Of a stretch of 64,000 nucleotides of DNA, positions 59,721 to 64,000 are shown one piece after another. The notes under the pieces were generated by a model. That model was not told the DNA's origin. It made no database searches and saw only the letters and a list, made by a program, of their open reading frames with translations. Where the stretch lies: NCBI GenBank assembly GCA_049322915.1, contig JBMOPW010000007.1, positions 180,246 to 244,245 of the forward strand. The letters run 5' to 3'. The stretch is from Candidatus Zhuqueibacterota bacterium. Its GTDB lineage: Bacteria; Zhuqueibacterota; Zhuqueibacteria; Thermofontimicrobiales; Thermofontimicrobiaceae. Position numbers and translations under genes: made by a program. How positions within the stretch are numbered: position 1 is the first letter of the stretch; each line of letters begins with the position of its first letter.

Positions 59721-62700
59721 ATGCTGTCAACCAAACAAGACATGACAAGCAAGTCAAATTTCACGGCGATATCCATTAACCTCTCGTCTCCTGATAAAAT
59801 TCTGGAGCGTTCGTATGGAGAGGTCACCAAGCCGGAAACAATCAACTATCGGTCGTTCAAGCCCGAGAAAGACGGGCTGTTTTGCGAGAAAATTTTTGGA
59901 CCGGTACGCGATTGGGAATGTCATTGTGGAAAATATAAACGAATTCGATATAAAGGCATTATCTGTGACCGATGTGGCGTTGAAGTCACAATGAAAAGTG
60001 TTCGCCGCGAACGAATGGGCCATATCACCCTTGCCGTTCCGGTGGTACACATTTGGTACTGGAAATCTCTTCCCTCTAAAATTGGCTACATCCTCGGCAT
60101 GAGCATGTCCGATCTGGAGAAGATCATTTACTACGAATCCTACGTGGTGATTCAGCCCGGGAAGAGCGGCTTAAAGACGAAAGAACTGATCAGCGAAGAA
60201 GAATATTTTCGCCTCATCAGCGAATCCCCCGAAGTCACCGAAGAGACAGAAAACGAGAGCGAGCGGTTCATCGTAAAGATCGGCGGCGAAGCCGTTCTGG
60301 AATTGCTTCGTAACACGAACATCGACACTACCTCTGACGATTTACGGTATCAGAGCCAGGTGGACTCGTCCATGCAGCGAAAAGCCGATGCGCTCAAACG
60401 GTTGAAAGTGATTGAGGCGTTCAAGCGCAGCAAATTTCATAAAGAGAATAAAGCCGACTGGATGGTGATGACTGTTATCCCGGTCATCCCGCCGGAATTG
60501 CGGCCGCTCGTTCCGCTGGAAGGCGGCCGGTTTGCAACATCGGATTTGAACGATTTGTATCGACGGGTGATCATTCGAAATAACCGCCTGAAAAAGCTGC
60601 TGGAAATAAAAGCGCCCGAAGTCATTCTCAGGAATGAAAAACGGATGCTGCAGGAAGCCGTGGATTCGCTTTTCGATAATGGACGCAAGACAGCCGCGGT
60701 TAGATCCGATGGCAACCGCGCCCTGAAATCGTTATCCGATATGCTTCGCGGCAAGCAAGGCCGTTTTCGGCAGAACCTACTTGGTAAACGCATCGACTAT
60801 TCGGGCCGTTCAGTCATTGTGGTCGGACCTGAATTGAAAATGCACGAATGCGGTTTGCCCAAAGAAATGGCGCTGGAATTATTCAAACCTTTTGTCATTC
60901 GGAAACTGGTTGCCCGGGGATTGGTCAAGACCGTGAAGAGCGCCAAGAAGATGGTCGAAAAACGCGGCAGTGAAGTCTGGGAAATTTTGGAGGAGATAAT
61001 CGAAGATCATCCAATCATGCTGAACCGCGCTCCAACGTTGCATCGATTGGGTATTCAGGCATTTCAGCCTGTGCTGATTGAAGGAAAAGCAATTCAGGTA
61101 CATCCGCTCGTCTGCGCCGCTTTCAACGCGGACTTTGATGGCGATCAGATGGCTGTCCATATCCCGCTATCGTTTTTTGCCCAGGTCGAGACGAAGGTGC
61201 TGATGCTTTCGACCCACAATATTCTTTCACCGGCGAACGGCCGACCTGTGGCCGTGCCGAGCCAGGATATTGTGCTGGGCTGCTATTACCTGACGAAAGC
61301 CAAAGCCGGCGATTTTGGAGAGGGGAAACAATTCTCTTCCTCCAGCGAAGTGATTTTAGCGTTCGAAAATGGTGCGGTTGGACTGCACGCCCGGATCAAA
61401 GTTCGCATCAAGGATAAACTGATCGAGACAACGACCGGACGCGTGATATTCAACCTCATTCTACCCAAAGAAATCAGTTTTGTGAATGAGTTGCTCACCA
61501 AAAAACGCGTCGAAGAAATTGTGGCCAATATTTACAGCAAGCTTGGCAATTATAAAACAGCGATCTTCCTGGATGAAATAAAGAAACTGGGTTTTTACTA
61601 CGCCATGAAAGGCGGTATTACCATTGGCCTGGACGATGTGATTACTCCGGAAGAAAAGCCATCGATATTGGCGACTTCGATCAGCCAGGTGGAAAAGATT
61701 ACCAAGCAGTACGAGAACCGGATTATCACTGACGGTGAGCGTTACAATAAAATTATCGATATCTGGACCCACACGACCAGCGATGTCGCCGAGACTATGT
61801 GGGAGAAATTGAAAAAGAATCAGAACGGATTCAATCCTATTTATATGATGGCTGATTCCGGCGCGCGAGGCTCTCGCGAACAAATCCGCCAGTTAGCTGC
61901 CATGCGCGGTTTGATGGCTAAACCGCAAAAGAAAATGACCGGTGAGATGGGCGAAATCATCGAAAACCCGATCATGTCCAATTTTAAAGAAGGACTGACG
62001 GTGTTGGAATATTTCATCTCGACTCACGGCGCTCGCAAGGGTCTCGCTGACACCGCATTGAAGACTGCCGACGCCGGCTATCTGACCCGCCGATTGGTGG
62101 ATGTGGCCCAGGACGTCATCATTACGGAACCTGATTGCGGGACAATTTTAGGACTGCGCATTGGCGATTTGAAAGAAGGCGAAGAAGTGATCGAGCCGTT
62201 GCGCGATCGAATTCTGGGACGCGTCTCGGCAGAAGATGTATTTAATGATGAAGGCAATGTGTTGGTTCAAGCCGGTGATCTTATTAACGAAGAAAAAGCT
62301 GACCAGATATACGATGCCGGCATTGAAAACGTCAATATTCGGTCAGTGTTGACCTGCGAATCCAAACGCGGCGTCTGCTCACTTTGCTACGGACGAAACC
62401 TGGCAACCGGGAAGCTGGTCGGTATTGGAGAAGCCGTGGGGGTGATGGCCGCCCAATCAATCGGCGAACCGGGCACACAGTTGACCCTCCGAACGTTCCA
62501 CATCGGTGGAACCGCGGCGCGTATCGCAGCCCAATCTCAGGCAACGGCCAAACAGGATGGACGAGTCCGCTACGAGAATTTGAAATATGTCGATCGTGAA
62601 GATGGTTATTTCATCGCCATTGCGCGGAATGGAAAAATAAAATTAATTGATGACGACAACAGAACGCAGTCTGTGTACGTTGTGCCGTACGGATCAGAAA

Positions 62701-63974
62701 TTTTGGTGGCCGATAATGTGAACGTGAAACGCGGCGAGGTGCTGTTCCGATGGGATCCGTACGTGACAGGAATCCTGTCGTTCCATTCAGGTCGGGTTGA
62801 ATTTATTGATATTCTGGAAAATATCACCTTCCGTGAAGAATCTGATGAAGCGACTGGCTTGCGTCAGCGCGTGGTGATTGAATCGCGCAACAGAAGCCTG
62901 AGTCCCCAAATAAAGGTGCTGGATGATGATGGAAGAGAACTCAGCTCCTACATTCTGCCAACGCGGTCATCCATTCAGGTGAAAGATGGCGATCGTGTGG
63001 CTGCTGGAGATTCGTTGGTGAAGATACCGCGCGAAATTTCCAAGACACGGGATATCACCGGTGGTCTGCCGCGCGTCGCTGAATTGTTTGAAGCGCGCCG
63101 GCCCAAAGCACCTGCCATAGTGAGCGAAATCGACGGTAAAGTGAAATTCGGTGAAATCAAGCGTGGTGTTCGGAAAGTGACGGTCACTTCTCGTGACCAG
63201 CAAGAAGAAAAGACGTACCAGATTCCGTATGGAAAACACATTCTGGTGCATGATAATGATTATGTGGAAGCAGGTGAAAAACTCTGTGAGGGATCGGTTG
63301 CCCCGCACGATATTTTGAACATCATGGGTGCCAATAGAGTGCAGGAATACCTCGTGAACGAAATTCAGGAAGTGTATCGATTGCAGGGTGTGCGCATTAA
63401 CGATAAACACATTGAGGTTATCGTCCGCCAGATGCTTCAGAAAGTCCGAATTGAAGAAGCGGGCGACACATTCTATCTGCCCGGCGACCAGGTCGACCGT
63501 TTGATTTTCCAGGAAGAAAACAATAAAATCAGAAGTAAGGTGGTTGTTGTTGAAACAGGCGATTCCGAATTCAAAGTCAATCAATTGCTGGATAGAAAGA
63601 CATTTGAATTGGCCAATCAGAAATTGGTGAAGGCGAAGAAAACGCCAGCGAAAGTGCGACCGGCCAAACCAGCAACGTTCCAACCGTTGCTGCTTGGGAT
63701 CACTAAAGCATCGTTAACAACGGAGAGCTTTATTTCGGCAGCATCTTTCCAGGAAACAACCCGAGTTCTGACCGACGCGTCTATCGAAGGGAAAATTGAC
63801 TACCTGAGAGGATTGAAAGAGAACGTTGTGATGGGACATTTGATTCCCGCTGGTACCGGGCTGAACAAGTACAAAGAAATTAAAGTCTACAGCCCGGAGT
63901 TCAGTGAGATGGAAGAACAAATAGCGGATTCAGATGGACAGGAACAAGTTTTAGAGGAAAGTTTGGAGCCGTAA
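59721..63974 (+). CDS. rpoC: RNA polymerase beta-prime subunit
   Basis: NADFDGDQM, Zn ribbon and [16 protein letters not shown] before ATG 59721. Confidence 0.99.
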   Translation: MLSTKQDMTSKSNFTAISINLSSPDKILERSYGEVTKPETINYRSFKPEKDGLFCEKIFGPVRDWECHCGKYKRIRYKGIICDRCGVEVTMKSVRRERMGHITLAVPVVHIWYWKSLPSKIGYILGMSMSDLEKIIYYESYVVIQPGKSGLKTKELISEEEYFRLISESPEVTEETENESERFIVKIGGEAVLELLRNTNIDTTSDDLRYQSQVDSSMQRKADALKRLKVIEAFKRSKFHKENKADWMVMTVIPVIPPELRPLVPLEGGRFATSDLNDLYRRVIIRNNRLKKLLEIKAPEVILRNEKRMLQEAVDSLFDNGRKTAAVRSDGNRALKSLSDMLRGKQGRFRQNLLGKRIDYSGRSVIVVGPELKMHECGLPKEMALELFKPFVIRKLVARGLVKTVKSAKKMVEKRGSEVWEILEEIIEDHPIMLNRAPTLHRLGIQAFQPVLIEGKAIQVHPLVCAAFNADFDGDQMAVHIPLSFFAQVETKVLMLSTHNILSPANGRPVAVPSQDIVLGCYYLTKAKAGDFGEGKQFSSSSEVILAFENGAVGLHARIKVRIKDKLIETTTGRVIFNLILPKEISFVNELLTKKRVEEIVANIYSKLGNYKTAIFLDEIKKLGFYYAMKGGITIGLDDVITPEEKPSILATSISQVEKITKQYENRIITDGERYNKIIDIWTHTTSDVAETMWEKLKKNQNGFNPIYMMADSGARGSREQIRQLAAMRGLMAKPQKKMTGEMGEIIENPIMSNFKEGLTVLEYFISTHGARKGLADTALKTADAGYLTRRLVDVAQDVIITEPDCGTILGLRIGDLKEGEEVIEPLRDRILGRVSAEDVFNDEGNVLVQAGDLINEEKADQIYDAGIENVNIRSVLTCESKRGVCSLCYGRNLATGKLVGIGEAVGVMAAQSIGEPGTQLTLRTFHIGGTAARIAAQSQATAKQDGRVRYENLKYVDREDGYFIAIARNGKIKLIDDDNRTQSVYVVPYGSEILVADNVNVKRGEVLFRWDPYVTGILSFHSGRVEFIDILENITFREESDEATGLRQRVVIESRNRSLSPQIKVLDDDGRELSSYILPTRSSIQVKDGDRVAAGDSLVKIPREISKTRDITGGLPRVAELFEARRPKAPAIVSEIDGKVKFGEIKRGVRKVTVTSRDQQEEKTYQIPYGKHILVHDNDYVEAGEKLCEGSVAPHDILNIMGANRVQEYLVNEIQEVYRLQGVRINDKHIEVIVRQMLQKVRIEEAGDTFYLPGDQVDRLIFQEENNKIRSKVVVVETGDSEFKVNQLLDRKTFELANQKLVKAKKTPAKVRPAKPATFQPLLLGITKASLTTESFISAASFQETTRVLTDASIEGKIDYLRGLKENVVMGHLIPAGTGLNKYKEIKVYSPEFSEMEEQIADSDGQEQVLEESLEP

Positions 63975-64000
63975 ATTACCTGAAAAAGTGAAAAATCTCA

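Overview
Bacterial chromosomal window, probably from an FCB-superphylum lineage such as KSB1 or Calditrichota. This is inferred from a T9SS/FlgD-type C-terminal domain and the RpoB/RpoC character, and was not tested by any search. Positions 0-18.6 kb hold mixed metabolic and envelope genes: a degenerate MoeA, NUDIX, an endonuclease V pseudogene, HDAC, pcm, PspC, a TPR protein, a degenerate AroB, and a FadL/TonB-receptor/lipoprotein cluster divergent from a FadR-type TetR with a canonical FadR box. Positions 18.9-30.7 kb form an accessory block with two paralogous beta-propeller lipoproteins, a C25 peptidase fusion and a DUF4062-NACHT-FGE/C-type-lectin protein. Then come glnS, etfBA and fadF, followed by core genes (yebC-ruvCAB-queA-ispDF-gltX-cysS, five tRNAs, tuf-rpmG-secE-nusG-rplKAJL-rpoBC). 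The main finding is that the NLR-like NACHT gene ends in a region with the codon signature of a diversity-generating retroelement (DGR) variable region. It is followed by a truncated reverse-transcriptase start missing from the ORF track, and no template repeat is visible in the window. The cassette lies between diverged duplicate copies of the glnS upstream region. Intergenic DNA is rich in MITE/REP-like elements, and there are two candidate structured RNAs. All protein calls come from motif recognition by eye.
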